Source of the DNA: Sporopachydermia quercuum | Taxonomy: Eukaryota | Assembly: GCA_001599295.1 (NCBI GenBank) | Contig: BCGN01000004.1 | Location: forward strand, 1,675,676-1,739,675 | DNA length: 64,000 bases | Direction of reading: 5' to 3' | Part shown: piece by piece, positions 46,945-58,506 of the stretch | How the letters are laid out: the number at the start of each line of letters is the position of its first letter | Position numbering within the stretch: position 1 is the first letter of the stretch | Made by a program: the position numbers and the translations under genes | Notes under the pieces: model-generated | What the model was told of the DNA's origin: nothing | Database searches by the model: none | Seen by the model: the letters and a program-made list of their open reading frames with translations, nothing else

Positions 46945-47817
46945 ATGGAATCTGGTATCGAAGAATGTCGTGTGATTATAACAGGTCTAAGAGGTGAAGA
47001 TTTCATCAAGCAGAATAGCAAGAATGATACTACGTCCACTGCCAGTTCTATACCTACGTCTACTACTAAACAACATGTCACGGAAGCATTAAAACAAGCA
47101 TTAAGTAGCATCAACAGCACTAGAACAAAGGCAAAACTACTACCATTACCCGCTTTTGGTAGAATTGTTATTATTTGTGAAAATGAAACCGATGGTGAAT
47201 TTATTGTCAATTCTTTGAAAACGGCACGTCTTCGGTCAGATATCAAAGCAACATTAATGACGGGGAAACAGCTATCAGTGCTGAAAAACGGATATTTACT
47301 CCAAAAAAATCAATTTAATACTCACCAAACAGATACTCATCAGAATGCATTTGACGATGCCTCAATCTCCAGNAATGAGTCAAATCATCTTCTTGAATCT
47401 CAATGTGATCAATATGGTTACTTAAAAAAACCGGAACCTAGAAAATTTCTATTGGTTTCACCGCCACCTTCACCACCACCAGGATTCGACTATTCCCAGC
47501 TGGAAGAGGGACCCAATCCCTATCCAGTGACATTTCCTGATGAATTCACCAATATTCTTTTTCAGAGGCTTGGTGATCGTATAGAGCATTTCGATCCTGC
47601 ACCAGTACCGCATAGTTATACACCAAAAGTTCAGCCGTTCTATAATGTCAATGAGTTTGAAGAAAAAGTGAAATCTGAAGGGTTTCAGCATCCCATATTT
47701 GTTGTTGAGTCTTGGAATGACAAGGAAAAGAAATTAGAAAAAGCTGATCCTGATGAGAATCAGGATCAAACGAAGGTTCAGTATGTAAAGACTGCTTTAC
47801 CATCAACAAAAGGCTGA
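46945..47817 (+). CDS. RCN1: Calcipressin / regulator of calcineurin (RCAN family)
   Basis: First ATG at 46945. RRM-like LPAFGRIVI, LxxP motif YLKKP, FLLVSPPPSPP, PxIxIT-like HPIFVVE, C-terminal KTALP. RCN1 versus RCN2 is not resolved. Confidence 0.85.
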   Translation: MESGIEECRVIITGLRGEDFIKQNSKNDTTSTASSIPTSTTKQHVTEALKQALSSINSTRTKAKLLPLPAFGRIVIICENETDGEFIVNSLKTARLRSDIKATLMTGKQLSVLKNGYLLQKNQFNTHQTDTHQNAFDDASISXNESNHLLESQCDQYGYLKKPEPRKFLLVSPPPSPPPGFDYSQLEEGPNPYPVTFPDEFTNILFQRLGDRIEHFDPAPVPHSYTPKVQPFYNVNEFEEKVKSEGFQHPIFVVESWNDKEKKLEKADPDENQDQTKVQYVKTALPSTKG

Positions 47818-48601
47818 GATATGTCTTTTACTGGGAGAATGAAGTTAGATGAAAAAGGGTATATTCAGAGTCGGGATGAGTATTTATCTTGGTTCTGGGA
47901 GAAAGGAAAGAATTATATTTTTGTACATTATGAATAGTTGCATGTTTTATTGATAAGCTATGATTATGAATGACTAATGATAGCTTAATCAATAAAGAAA
48001 CGATGATTTATTTTACAGTAGTAAGAATAATAGCTATAGCAGTCAGAGTAAATAACATTACGATGTAATTATGAAATGTTAAAATGAATATCCGGCATTA
48101 TTTAAAGGTCTGCTATACCGTTTGATCTATTTTGAAGGATTTNCAGAGCAACTGAATAAATGGTTGGTCAATCTATTTCAGAGATAATTCAAACTAAGTT
48201 AAATGGTGTTTTATGTTTCTAATACTCTACTTGTATTTATGTACGTTTTACTTAGTAAATATTAATAAAATAATCGTCCAAGGTATTTGGAATCTTCACT
48301 ACTTATTGGACAGGATAGTAGTTAATCCAACGGAGCTTATCTAAATAACATATACTACATATTTCTAGTAAAGTAGTTAAATGATGAAATAGTATATAGA
48401 ACATTCCAATACATCAGAATCAATTATCTTTACTGTATGCAAACCNAGAAATCGTATTATTCAATCTGATTAAATTATAAATATATGCNATGATAAAACG
48501 ACTCAATCCTCAATCCCTATTTAAAACCATGCTTTCCATCATCTATCTTTATTTTTCACTTATTATTCTGATTCACTTAATGTTGCCAAAACGACAACTA
48601 T

Positions 48602-49810
48602 TCAACTCTTTTCATCAGCAACAGGAATTTGGGCCTTTTGCTTCAACTTCTTAGGAAGAACGTCTTCGTCTATAACCTCCAAAAGTGCTTTTTCAAGCTT
48701 TGTTAAATGTTCGCTCGATTCCTCCTCTTTTCTCTTCCGTTTCTTATCATTGTTATCACTTGAAGTCTCGTCATCGTTCTCGGTATCTGTAGCAACATCC
48801 TCTTCGTTGAACAATAAATTGATAGGAGCATAGAACAAAGGAATAGCAGGAGAATCAGGTGTCTTCACCATAATAGATTTCAATAGCTGCCCTTCATTAT
48901 TCTCAGCATTGACAAATGTGGCTTTGAAATACTCAACAACTGAATTCAAGTTATTATAGATTTCTTTAGCTTTCATTTCAACGGTAGCAATAGGAACATT
49001 TACATTAGAACTTGAATTAACTGGAAAAGGAACAGAATTTTGAACTTGCTTGATGAACTCATTGACACCAGATAAATTTATACTATCGCGTAAATCTTCT
49101 AGTTCTTCCTGGGTCAATTCTCTCTTCTCTTTGCCAACAATTGATTGGATAGACTTGCTCGGTATCCTTACCTTCAATGGTGTCTTTGATTTGGTTCCTT
49201 GATAAAACACTTTACCCAAGAACTGAGGTAATGCTGATACAATAGACTTATCAACAAGGAACAAATCGTATAAATCTGATAATCGTCTTCTTGATTCAAA
49301 TGATTTGAATTCAGATTTTAGTCTGGTGAAAGAAATAATTTCTTCAATGAGGCAATCATTATTCTTAGCCTTAAACTGCTCTAATGCACTTCTATAAGCA
49401 TATTCTGGGTCTCTAACGATCAAACACACTTTAGTTTTATCATCACGAAGTTCAGCCATTTTATAATAAAAAGGACTTGTCACTTCAACTAGTCTAACAT
49501 CTCCAAGGCCTTTGGAAGTAAGAAACTTCTTTGCTTGTAAAGAAACAGTGATGATATCTTTATCAGAGACATCATCTTCGATTAGCTGAGCTTTCTTTTG
49601 GTTTGCCTTCGCTTCGCTCTTTTTATCTTTCACAAACTTCAATAAAGCCTCAATAGACCTCAATGCAACCTCCTCATCAATTACATCTGGGTTATTCACT
49701 TTGATGCTGTTATTGTTCTTCTTATTACTTTTATTCGTAGTTTTCCCAGTTTTACTCCCTTTTGTTACCGTTTGCCCAGTAGAGCTTCCACTCTTCTTAC
49801 CCTTCGCCAT
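48602..49810 (-). CDS. CIC1: Ribosomal L1-domain nucleolar protein (Cic1/Utp30 family)
   Basis: VCLIVRDP, LKSEFKSFESRRRLSDLYDLFLVD, LPQFLGKVFY...KTP, VKTPDSPAIPLF. Confidence 0.85.
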   Translation of the reverse strand: MAKGKKSGSSTGQTVTKGSKTGKTTNKSNKKNNNSIKVNNPDVIDEEVALRSIEALLKFVKDKKSEAKANQKKAQLIEDDVSDKDIITVSLQAKKFLTSKGLGDVRLVEVTSPFYYKMAELRDDKTKVCLIVRDPEYAYRSALEQFKAKNNDCLIEEIISFTRLKSEFKSFESRRRLSDLYDLFLVDKSIVSALPQFLGKVFYQGTKSKTPLKVRIPSKSIQSIVGKEKRELTQEELEDLRDSINLSGVNEFIKQVQNSVPFPVNSSSNVNVPIATVEMKAKEIYNNLNSVVEYFKATFVNAENNEGQLLKSIMVKTPDSPAIPLFYAPINLLFNEEDVATDTENDDETSSDNNDKKRKRKEEESSEHLTKLEKALLEVIDEDVLPKKLKQKAQIPVADEKS

Positions 49811-49950
49811 TTTCCGCTATTTACTTCTTGGAAAACTGCAATTAATATTTAACCAAATTCAATTACTGTGTTTATAATCAACTGATAAAATCAATGATTT
49901 GACGGTGGTTTCCCCTATGATATTTAATCTTTCTTCTTCTCACAGCATAA

Positions 49951-49962
49951 GAAAAAATTTTT
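49951..49962. promoter_or_regulatory. RRPE-like element upstream of CIC1
   Basis: GAAAAAATTTTT about 140 bp upstream of a ribosome-biogenesis gene. Confidence 0.45.
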
Positions 49963-51213
49963 ATAAAGGAAGAAGAAAGTGAAATATTTACAAAAACGGA
50001 AATAGTGGTATTGAGAATAAGGTTTGGCAGGATTAGGAGGAGATGTGATGTGATCTCAAATTCTGAGAAGAAATCTGAAGTTAGGAAAAAGGATCTGATT
50101 GACGGATTGGTTTAGATGGGGGATTAAGCAAGCGCTCTAAAGGAGAGTATTATTTGGTAGTTCTGGAAATAATGGTGCTTTATTCTTGTTTTAGTGGTAG
50201 TTATTATTAATTTGAACTTCAGGACTGAGAACTGTGAGTTGAAAAAATAGCCATNTAGGTTCAGGGGCACGATGCCAGTATTGATTTGCAACGACAACAG
50301 TTTGATCAGGTTCAGGTCAATAAGACAATAGCAATTGTAGAATGTATGCCGTATAGTAGTATTAAAGGATAATTCAAGTGTAAAACACTTTTTCTGAAAA
50401 GCTTTCGAAATATATTTGAAAGAGAGCAATCATTTGTATTTACCAGCTTAAACCAAAGATTAAGTTCAGGAATGTGTGCANTAAATACGAGTCCACATTG
50501 AGCTTATTTGAAACTGAAAGATTGGTTGTACTACCATTCAAACTTACAGTTTCCCTTTGAATTAAATCTGAATTTGCTCAAAAATCTTGAGATACCAGTT
50601 CAACACTTATATAAAAGCTTTATAATGTTTCCTTTTCGCTGTCTTAACAAATAAGTGCTAGTGACAAATGATAATACATAAGCATTGATTTATTGCAAAT
50701 AAAGTTCAAACATTTTTCCTCTTTTGGAAACTAATTAGTTTATCTTCCACCGATTTTACTTTAATACTTACCTCATAGCTTATCATCTAGACATTTGCGA
50801 TCGTTCCTTGCTGTACAACTTCTTAGTGCTTTGCAATTTATACTTCCATTCTAAGCTTGCAATAGGATACTCAATTTTCCAAAATCCCAAATACGAAAAT
50901 ACATTGTTCCCATACCCTAACGACCTTTGCAGAACCTTATTTTAAACATCCAACTTAAAGTTGTTTGTTAGACTTTTAGTGCGTCGACATTACAGGCGTT
51001 ATGTTCTGTTCCTTTTCGCTCATCAAGTAATCATTTCAATCCACACATTTCATATCATTAGTTTTCTTCATCTCCAATAACCAGTTTTCTTCCAATCTTC
51101 CCTTTAAATATGTGATTCTTTTTACCACCAAGTATGTGAATTTTTCACCTTTATGATTTTAATCTATCAGCTAAAATTGCTATTTCTTTTTGCTATCGTC
51201 TAGTTGCTATGAA

Positions 51214-52449
51214 ATGAGCACACAATCAATAGGGCTAGCCATACGCAAGGCAAGCTTATGGCTTTATATGAGTCCTAAGAAAACTTCCGAAGCGGAACAG
51301 ATATATGGAATAGAGAATCTCCGGAACTATCAGAAAACATTGGGACCCGTTTATTTGTTCGGTGGGAGCTTTCTTTCTGCTTATGCGAGACCTGTCCAGT
51401 TTATAATAACCATGGTGGGAATGATTCCTGGGGCATTATTCTTAGGTTTTGAGTAAGTATTAAGATAACGATCTAATGAGTTGAGGCTGATTTATCATGT
51501 TTAATATTGTTCTAAATAATATTATTGTATTATAGGTTACTGTTTTCTAGCAACGTTACTATTAATATTACTATCAGTAACCACTATTTTACCTGCTCTT
51601 ACGTTCATGCTAACATCTACTAGATCTTCTTGGCTATGGTATAATGTTTCTCCTGCTATACCAATAATATTTGCATATATCTTTGTTCTCCTCATTTCAT
51701 CTTTCATCAGAGCTGCATTCTCTGATCCTGGAGTAAGTGTTCTTTACCCTTTGTTGCCTGTTAATAACTACCAATTACCAACTTTTGTCTGTCTAATTTA
51801 TCATACTAATGGTGCTTAGACCCTTCCTAGGAATATTCATCTAATAGACAAAGGAATTGACCTACCGAGAGACCTGAATTCTTGGCCCGAAATTCCTGGG
51901 TATGAAAATAGTCGCGTAGTATTAAAATACTGCGAAACGTGCAAAATTTGGAGGCCTCCAAGAGCAAGTCATTGTTCTATTTGTCAAAGTTGTATTTCAA
52001 TTCACGATCATCACTGCTTATGGCTTAACAACTGTGTTGGTGGAAGAAATTATCGTTATTTCTTCAACTTCCTGCTATGGGCTGTTTTAGCATGTATTTA
52101 TTTAAGTGCATTTTCATATTATCATGTATTTCGGCATCTTAGAAATTATTACGGCTCGGTATCGGACTCCTTGAGAAAGACATCTCGGAGCCTTTTTCTA
52201 GGTATATATGGGAATTTAGCTATGATATATCCCCTCTTGTTATTAGGGCTGCATATATTTTTATCACTTCGAGGACAAACCACACATGAGTTTCTTCGGA
52301 ATTCTCGGATGGAGAAATCAGAGCGGGAACGACCTTATTCTGATATGAACGTCATATCGACATGTTTCCACGTTTTGTTCAGAAAGAGAGGAGTATCATC
52401 TATACGCGCGAGAGAGAGATATGTGGTAGGAGATCGGAGGTTTAGTTAG
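51214..52449 (+). CDS. ERF2: DHHC palmitoyltransferase Erf2; exons 51214-51452, 51624-51732, 51820-52449
   Basis: Introns GTAAGT/TGCTAAC/TAG and GTAAGT/TACTAAT/TAG. The spliced product has RNYQ, SDPGTLPRNIH, KYCETCKIWRPPRASHCSICQSCISIHDHHCLWLNNCVGGRNYRYF and GQTTHEFL. Confidence 0.92.
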
Positions 52450-52617
52450 ATCTGAGCTGAATTCGGAGAGAGCGGGCAAGATAATCAAGTATAATGGCAG
52501 TAACTGAAGGTAGAAGATGGTCTTCTGGGAAAAGTATTAAAAGTCTTTTGAGCTTTTCGGATATGGTTGCCGAAGTAGGGGGATGGTGCAATACCGAAAA
52601 TAATAATAAAGCATTTT

Positions 52618-52701
52618 TCGGATAGGGTCTCGGATAAGGTCTCGGATAAGGTCTCGGATAAGGTCTCGGATAAGGTCTCGGATAAGGTCTCGGATAAGAT
52701 C
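52618..52701. repeat. Minisatellite, 7 x 12 bp (TCGGATAAGGTC)
   Basis: Five perfect internal units. The first (TCGGATAGGGTC) and last (TCGGATAAGATC) units each have one mismatch. Confidence 0.97.
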
Positions 52702-53054
52702 TTAGGATAACACATAATACTACACTGTATTATTAGTATTAATCATTGTGTAACAGGATAAATAAATTAATTGCACTATCAAAATGAATAAGTAATATAC
52801 ATAAAACTGTCATAGACATCATTAACTGTAGTTAAGCATAGTATAATCATTATTAATCTACTATTCAAATCGAAACATTTCTCATAACTGTAAATAATAA
52901 AAATACAGAACTAGCTGTGAGTTTACTATGCATATATTAGCTTATTGTCATATTGTCATATCGTTATATTACCATATTACTATACTGCCATATGAAATTA
53001 TTATCAGGTTATCAATAATCATGTTATCCTTCCTATCCTTCCCTATCCCACATA

Positions 53055-56000
53055 TCACATTAACCCAAATCCATCCTTATTCTCAATTATTCTATCAAGC
53101 ATAAACTTCAACTTCTCCTTATTCTCATATCTCGGTAAATGTAATGAACTAAAACAAGTCTGAGCTGTGGGTAAATGATTTGTCGATGTCATCGCTAAAT
53201 TTATCTTAAACCCTAAGGGTCGACCGCATCTATGAACTCTTGAACTGCCGGTAATGAACTTCAGCACTGATTGAAGCTCTTCCTGTGAATATTCATTTAG
53301 AATCTCCCAAAAGTTCTTGATCAGAGAGCAATTAGGATCCAAGTTGTAATAGGATGCTGATTCTTTTAATTTTGCAACGTTAATTACTTTCTCTCCTTCA
53401 AATAAAGATTTGAGCTCTAATGGTGAAAATAGGGAGATTTGGTGATCGGAGATGTAATAACGGAAGCCCTTAAGGAACGCCTTAATGCGGGTGATTTTTG
53501 ATCCGATAACTGCTGAATATGTGTATTGGTTAATGTACTGTAGGAACATTTCTAATTTATCGGATCCGTTTAAATTGTTCCAGTTTAAGGTTGAAGTTTC
53601 CTTTCGGCTCGGAAGGTCAATTGTGACTATTTCTGGGCTTTTGGCTTTGGAGGCTTTGGCCAAAAGCGTTTGGGAGGTGTCTTCTGATGGTATCAATTCT
53701 GTTTCTTCCACTTCCCGAGTTATTATTTCCGGTTGTTCTCTATACGTATACTGGAAAGAGAAATCTTGGTTCAAAACCAGGCTTAGATCAGGTTTAAGAT
53801 TTTCCTGTTTGGTCAAAAAATTTTCCCCTTTCTGTTCTTTGATTAAATCCTGCCAGTATTTTGCCTCTTTTGAATACTTTACCGAGAACGCATTAGGCAA
53901 ATTGACAAAATACGTATGGAAGTTGCCATTCCGGTCAGTAAATGTATCGGAAACAGCATTTGTTCCGATAACTTTAATCCAAGAATAAAACAGTTCCGGA
54001 AACAATTCCAAAGCCAACAATCCATTTAGTCCATTTTTCGGATTATCCAGCAAAGAGATCTCTTCATTTAGGAGAAGATAAAAACAAAGTGGAAATGATA
54101 TCGGAAAGGTACATCCGTTATATGCCGCCATTCCGTACATCATCCCGCATATTTCATACTCTTTCAGCATCTTTTCCGAACATTCTCCAGATGGAAACCA
54201 ATAAAAATCTTTCTCATCACTTGCTTCAAACAATTTCGAGCTCGGATCTAACATATGATCCGCTAATAATCCGAATAACTCTAATTTTAATCCTCCGTCA
54301 TCCATGCCGAGTTCTCCCTCGGCAAACTTTATCTGTAAAGGGTTCCGAGGTTTCACTAACCTGGATTTCTTACAGGCTTCCGGATCTTCAGCTCCGATCT
54401 TAAGTATCTCACTAACTTCTGCAAATGCTTTACTCCTAGACACCTCAAAACTGAAATACTGAACCGATTCGGAGAATTGTTCCGGTTGATAAGGAATCTT
54501 AGTAATCGGCTGGAATATGGAAATAATGCTGGTTAAGTACTCTCCGAGCTGATTGTCTTGAAGCATGGATCTTATGGAAATATATCTGAAAAGATGATAC
54601 CTAGACTCAATAGTATAAGCATGCCTAAAGTTGATAATGGAAGTAATACTCCTGGAGTTAGAAGGTCTCGTAATTTTTATTGAAATATTGCCTTCGTTTC
54701 CAATTAGCCGATGAAAAGTCTTCGGATCAATAGTATCTAACTCATAAAATGAATCGATATCTGATTCCGCTTCCGCTTGCCCGCTTGTATCCGGTGCCGA
54801 ATTTCGGTCCGGTATATACGGAAGCATATAGTACAAACCTCGGAAGGAAACATCGGAAGTATGGTTATTGGCAGCTAGATGCAATAGATATTTGAAGGTT
54901 TCCGGTTTTAATGAATCATCGGAAATCTGTAATGCCAATTGAATGATAACTGAATCCAAATACGCATAAGATGCCAATGGTGATGTGAACGCTTTTTCTA
55001 AGACAATAGCTACTTGTCGGAATAGACCAGGATGATTTTGAATGTTCTCCGTTGTTATTCTTGTACTTTTGATCAATCCAAGCAAATCGGAATATTTAAC
55101 CATTGGATCATTCAACATGCGGAATTGATTATCGGCGAGAAATTGAAGCAAATGTTGAATCGGCAGCGGAATTCCTGATTTCTCTGTAGAAATATTCTTA
55201 TCTCTTCCGACTTTTCCCGCCTGCCAACAGTCTAAATATTCCCTAAGAAGAGGATAATATGACCGTGAAAACTCTAAAAGCCGTTCCGGCTTCTTTGCTG
55301 GTTCATCTAAATAAACAGGGGAAAGCACAAATGAAAGCATCCAAAGCATACATAACAAGAAAGACATTTTGTTCGGATCGGAAGAAACAGGATGTTTCGG
55401 CTCGTTAGGTTTCGGAAGCTGAGTAGATGCTTGATCTTGTAAAGTACTCACAAGCATTGATGATGTTAACTGATGGTATCGGAATAGGTCAAACAACGGA
55501 ACTATAATTGATGGATCAAGGTTCATCTGACCCGAAGAATTTAGAAACCATATCCATCGGAACACAAAATGTTTCATTTTATCTGCTGCCGAAATTTGCC
55601 GAGTTCCTGCGCCTAGAAAGAAGAACTGTGAAGCTGCTAGATGATCAGTGAAAGTGCTTCTGGAAGGAAAAGTTGGATGTTGTGATGGAACCCCATATGA
55701 ATTAAAGTTTATGGGCAATTCGGAGGAACCCGGGGATTTTGTGCGACGGCTCGTAATTGTATTAGTTATCTTTGCCGAAGAGACCGAGCCCGAAGTTACA
55801 TGAGTTCCGTGTTCTGATACCGTCCCCGTTCCTGTTCCTGTTCTTGATCCCAGGCCGGTACCGGCTCCGTCAGGATTCCTCGGTTGTCCATTAGAAGATA
55901 CTATTCTTTTACCAAGTTCAAATTCTTGTCCCGACCGGCTCGTCTGACGGGATCTTGAATGGGGATTTCGGAATACAGCAGGGCATACTCCGGCTTTGCC

Positions 56001-56198
56001 TCTGACAGATGCTAACCGATAACTAAGATATTTTGCCGACCCTGGTGAAAATTCTCGGTTTTTCTTTCTCGAGAGAAGACCTTTTGTATGGGGATTAGAT
56101 CGGCAATAAGGTGCCGAACATGTAGGTCTTCCGCATCCGACGGTTATCTGTTGATAGTAATCGTTAATGATGACTTGTATATCAGACATCATTGGCAT
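53055..56198 (-). CDS. HECT E3 ubiquitin ligase with an N-terminal AZUL-like zinc finger
   Basis: N-terminal YYQQITVGCGRPTCSAPYC...GVCP. HECT motifs GELGMDDGGLKLELF, FSPLELKSLFEG, LKFITGSSRV, LPTAQTCF (catalytic Cys) and terminal GFGLM. Confidence 0.92.
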   Translation of the reverse strand: MPMMSDIQVIINDYYQQITVGCGRPTCSAPYCRSNPHTKGLLSRKKNREFSPGSAKYLSYRLASVRGKAGVCPAVFRNPHSRSRQTSRSGQEFELGKRIVSSNGQPRNPDGAGTGLGSRTGTGTGTVSEHGTHVTSGSVSSAKITNTITSRRTKSPGSSELPINFNSYGVPSQHPTFPSRSTFTDHLAASQFFFLGAGTRQISAADKMKHFVFRWIWFLNSSGQMNLDPSIIVPLFDLFRYHQLTSSMLVSTLQDQASTQLPKPNEPKHPVSSDPNKMSFLLCMLWMLSFVLSPVYLDEPAKKPERLLEFSRSYYPLLREYLDCWQAGKVGRDKNISTEKSGIPLPIQHLLQFLADNQFRMLNDPMVKYSDLLGLIKSTRITTENIQNHPGLFRQVAIVLEKAFTSPLASYAYLDSVIIQLALQISDDSLKPETFKYLLHLAANNHTSDVSFRGLYYMLPYIPDRNSAPDTSGQAEAESDIDSFYELDTIDPKTFHRLIGNEGNISIKITRPSNSRSITSIINFRHAYTIESRYHLFRYISIRSMLQDNQLGEYLTSIISIFQPITKIPYQPEQFSESVQYFSFEVSRSKAFAEVSEILKIGAEDPEACKKSRLVKPRNPLQIKFAEGELGMDDGGLKLELFGLLADHMLDPSSKLFEASDEKDFYWFPSGECSEKMLKEYEICGMMYGMAAYNGCTFPISFPLCFYLLLNEEISLLDNPKNGLNGLLALELFPELFYSWIKVIGTNAVSDTFTDRNGNFHTYFVNLPNAFSVKYSKEAKYWQDLIKEQKGENFLTKQENLKPDLSLVLNQDFSFQYTYREQPEIITREVEETELIPSEDTSQTLLAKASKAKSPEIVTIDLPSRKETSTLNWNNLNGSDKLEMFLQYINQYTYSAVIGSKITRIKAFLKGFRYYISDHQISLFSPLELKSLFEGEKVINVAKLKESASYYNLDPNCSLIKNFWEILNEYSQEELQSVLKFITGSSRVHRCGRPLGFKINLAMTSTNHLPTAQTCFSSLHLPRYENKEKLKFMLDRIIENKDGFGLM

Positions 56199-57894
56199 TT
56201 AGTCGTGGATGAGAAAAGCAGATAATAGAGTTTCCTTGGGGAAACTCAGCGCAATTGTAGATTCACTTCCAAGATTTTCGGCATACTAACTGTCTTTCGA
56301 TATAGTATTCCCGAGATTTATCAAAATAACGGAAAAATATCCGAAAGATCAATCAGACGTTGATGTTGAAATAAGCATAGGGTAAACAAAGAATCGGAGA
56401 AAATACATGACCTTGGGTGAAAGCGGAGAATATTCCTCATAATAAATCGGATATTATGTCATTTGTACGAAAGATGAAAGGTAAGGAACGGATCGGGAGA
56501 GATGTTTCATATTCTTGCATGTGAGAATGGAGGTAGAGACAACGATTGTAGATACAGAACAGTGTAGTATGAGATTGAGAAGAAAAACTGGTTCAATTAA
56601 ACACTTCTGGGAGTTAAGAGATTATTTTATTATTGGTTCAGTGATAAACCGTGGTATATTTTTTATCAATTTCTGTCAATTCTTGAAGAGTGATGAAGCT
56701 CATTAGAGTGCAGAAACTTGAAAGCTAGAGAATATTCCGGATTCGGCTTTGATATGTAGAGAAAAGCTATGCAGGATTATGCAAGTATACCACCAAAAGC
56801 AGTAGCTAACTGTTCTTAAAGGCACAGCAATTAACATATGAAAGATTAAGGTTTAACATCGGAAGAAACGGTTTAAAGTTTTAGCAGTCTCACGACCAAG
56901 CAAATATAATTGAAAGTCATCTCTAGAGGCGATTTTATATTTCCTTGCAATCACTTAAAAAAAGCCGGGTTTCAAGTCAGTCAAAATTTTATGTAGACTA
57001 AACTAAAATATCAACAGTACAATTATATATGATAGTAGTTCCAATTGTAAGACTGCATATTTTCTCAATTAAATATCCCAGTTTTCCAACTAACTAGTAA
57101 TTATCTGGGGAAAATTTTCGGCTAGTAAGTTGTAGAAAGTTTACATTGCATCTGCCTGCAGCTATGAAACTTTAAATCGATAGAAATTTTCACAGGAAAC
57201 AGGTAACTGAAGAAACTCATCATTTTTCGACCAAAGGCATTTTTTCTGAAGCTGTGCAGAAATTTTATCTTACTACTCTATTCTTTCAATATGCAATGAC
57301 ACTCGTCAAACACTTGGTCAATCATTCATATACCTCCATAACTTACCTTCATTTCCTCTCTAACACCCTTATCATCTCATTAAGTATACTCTCATTTATA
57401 CGCAGCCAACAACAGGAGCACGCAAAGCTTAAAAAAATTGCAAAAGTTTAACCCAATATTGGTTTCCAGTTCAGCCAATAAATTCACTGATTGTTCTATA
57501 AAAAAGAAGCTTCATTTGTAGAATAATTTTAACTGATCAAACTGGGATAATTTCTTTTTGTATTTTCTTGGTTTGATTTCGAACCGAATCAACTATACTT
57601 CAATTCATTGTTGGGGAAACTAGAAGTCTTCGGATTGTGCTACTTGACCTATTGGTACAATAGACGATATATGCTATAAGAAATTGTATTACATTTTGGA
57701 GCATATAGGAGGATTCTCAGCAAGCAAGATCAAGAGTCAAGTGATAAAAAAACCAAGGATCGATTAGATTATTAGGTGATTAATCAGCTACTTAAATGAT
57801 AAGGACAAAGTGGCCATTCAGCATAAGACTATAGAAGAGTAATTCTACTTTTTATAACTATCAATTCACGCAATACACATACATATACTTCAGG

Positions 57895-58506
57895 ATGAAG
57901 ATTTTTGAGTCACAACATACATTCAACTACTCTTGGGAGCACGTCTCAGCAGCTAACTGGAAGAAATATCCTAATGAGATGTCAACCCATGTGGTGGCAG
58001 TTGATTACCTTAGAAGAGAATATAACGCAGATACAAAAGTTTTAAAAACAGAAAGGCTTATTACGTGTAAGCAAGCAATCCCCAAATGGATTTTAGCATT
58101 AGTTGGTGGTTCGGATGTTAGTTATGTTAGAGAAGTGTCTGAAGTTGACCCCGTAAAGAAAACAGTTGTGATGAGATCGTGCAATCTCACAATGAATAAT
58201 GTATTATCAGTTTATGAAACTGTTGTTTATAGACCTCATCCAAAAGATCCTGGTTACACACTATTTGAACAGGAAGCACAGATTACTGCATATGCATCAT
58301 TTAGAAAGCTTTGTAATAAAATTGAAGATTGGAGTGTGGAAAGATTCGGACAGAATGCAAAGTTAGGAAAAGCTGGTTTCGAAACCGTCTTGAACAAGTT
58401 AAGCGAAAAATATAAAGAAACTGAAGCAGATGTTAGCAATTTACTACAAATTGCCCACGAAAAAGTTCACGAAGGAGTTTTTAGAGATATGGATTTGCGA
58501 AAGTAA
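57895..58506 (+). CDS. UPS2: PRELI/MSF1-domain mitochondrial intermembrane lipid-transfer protein Ups2
   Basis: SWEHVSAANWKKYPNEMSTHVVAVD, TERLITCKQ, SYVREVSEVDP, RFGQNAKLGKAGF. Confidence 0.93.
   Translation: MKIFESQHTFNYSWEHVSAANWKKYPNEMSTHVVAVDYLRREYNADTKVLKTERLITCKQAIPKWILALVGGSDVSYVREVSEVDPVKKTVVMRSCNLTMNNVLSVYETVVYRPHPKDPGYTLFEQEAQITAYASFRKLCNKIEDWSVERFGQNAKLGKAGFETVLNKLSEKYKETEADVSNLLQIAHEKVHEGVFRDMDLRK

Noticed and set aside
50765..50774. ATACTTACCT, identical to the 5' end of U1 snRNA
   Set aside because: No stem-loop I GATCANGAAG motif or other U1 feature follows; more likely chance or an antisense donor-like sequence.
52618..52701. Regular repeat as a possible CRISPR array, and the SETL-repeat ORF at 52485-52715
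   Set aside because: The units are contiguous with no spacers, the context is eukaryotic, and the ORF is just the translation of a stop-free 12-mer.
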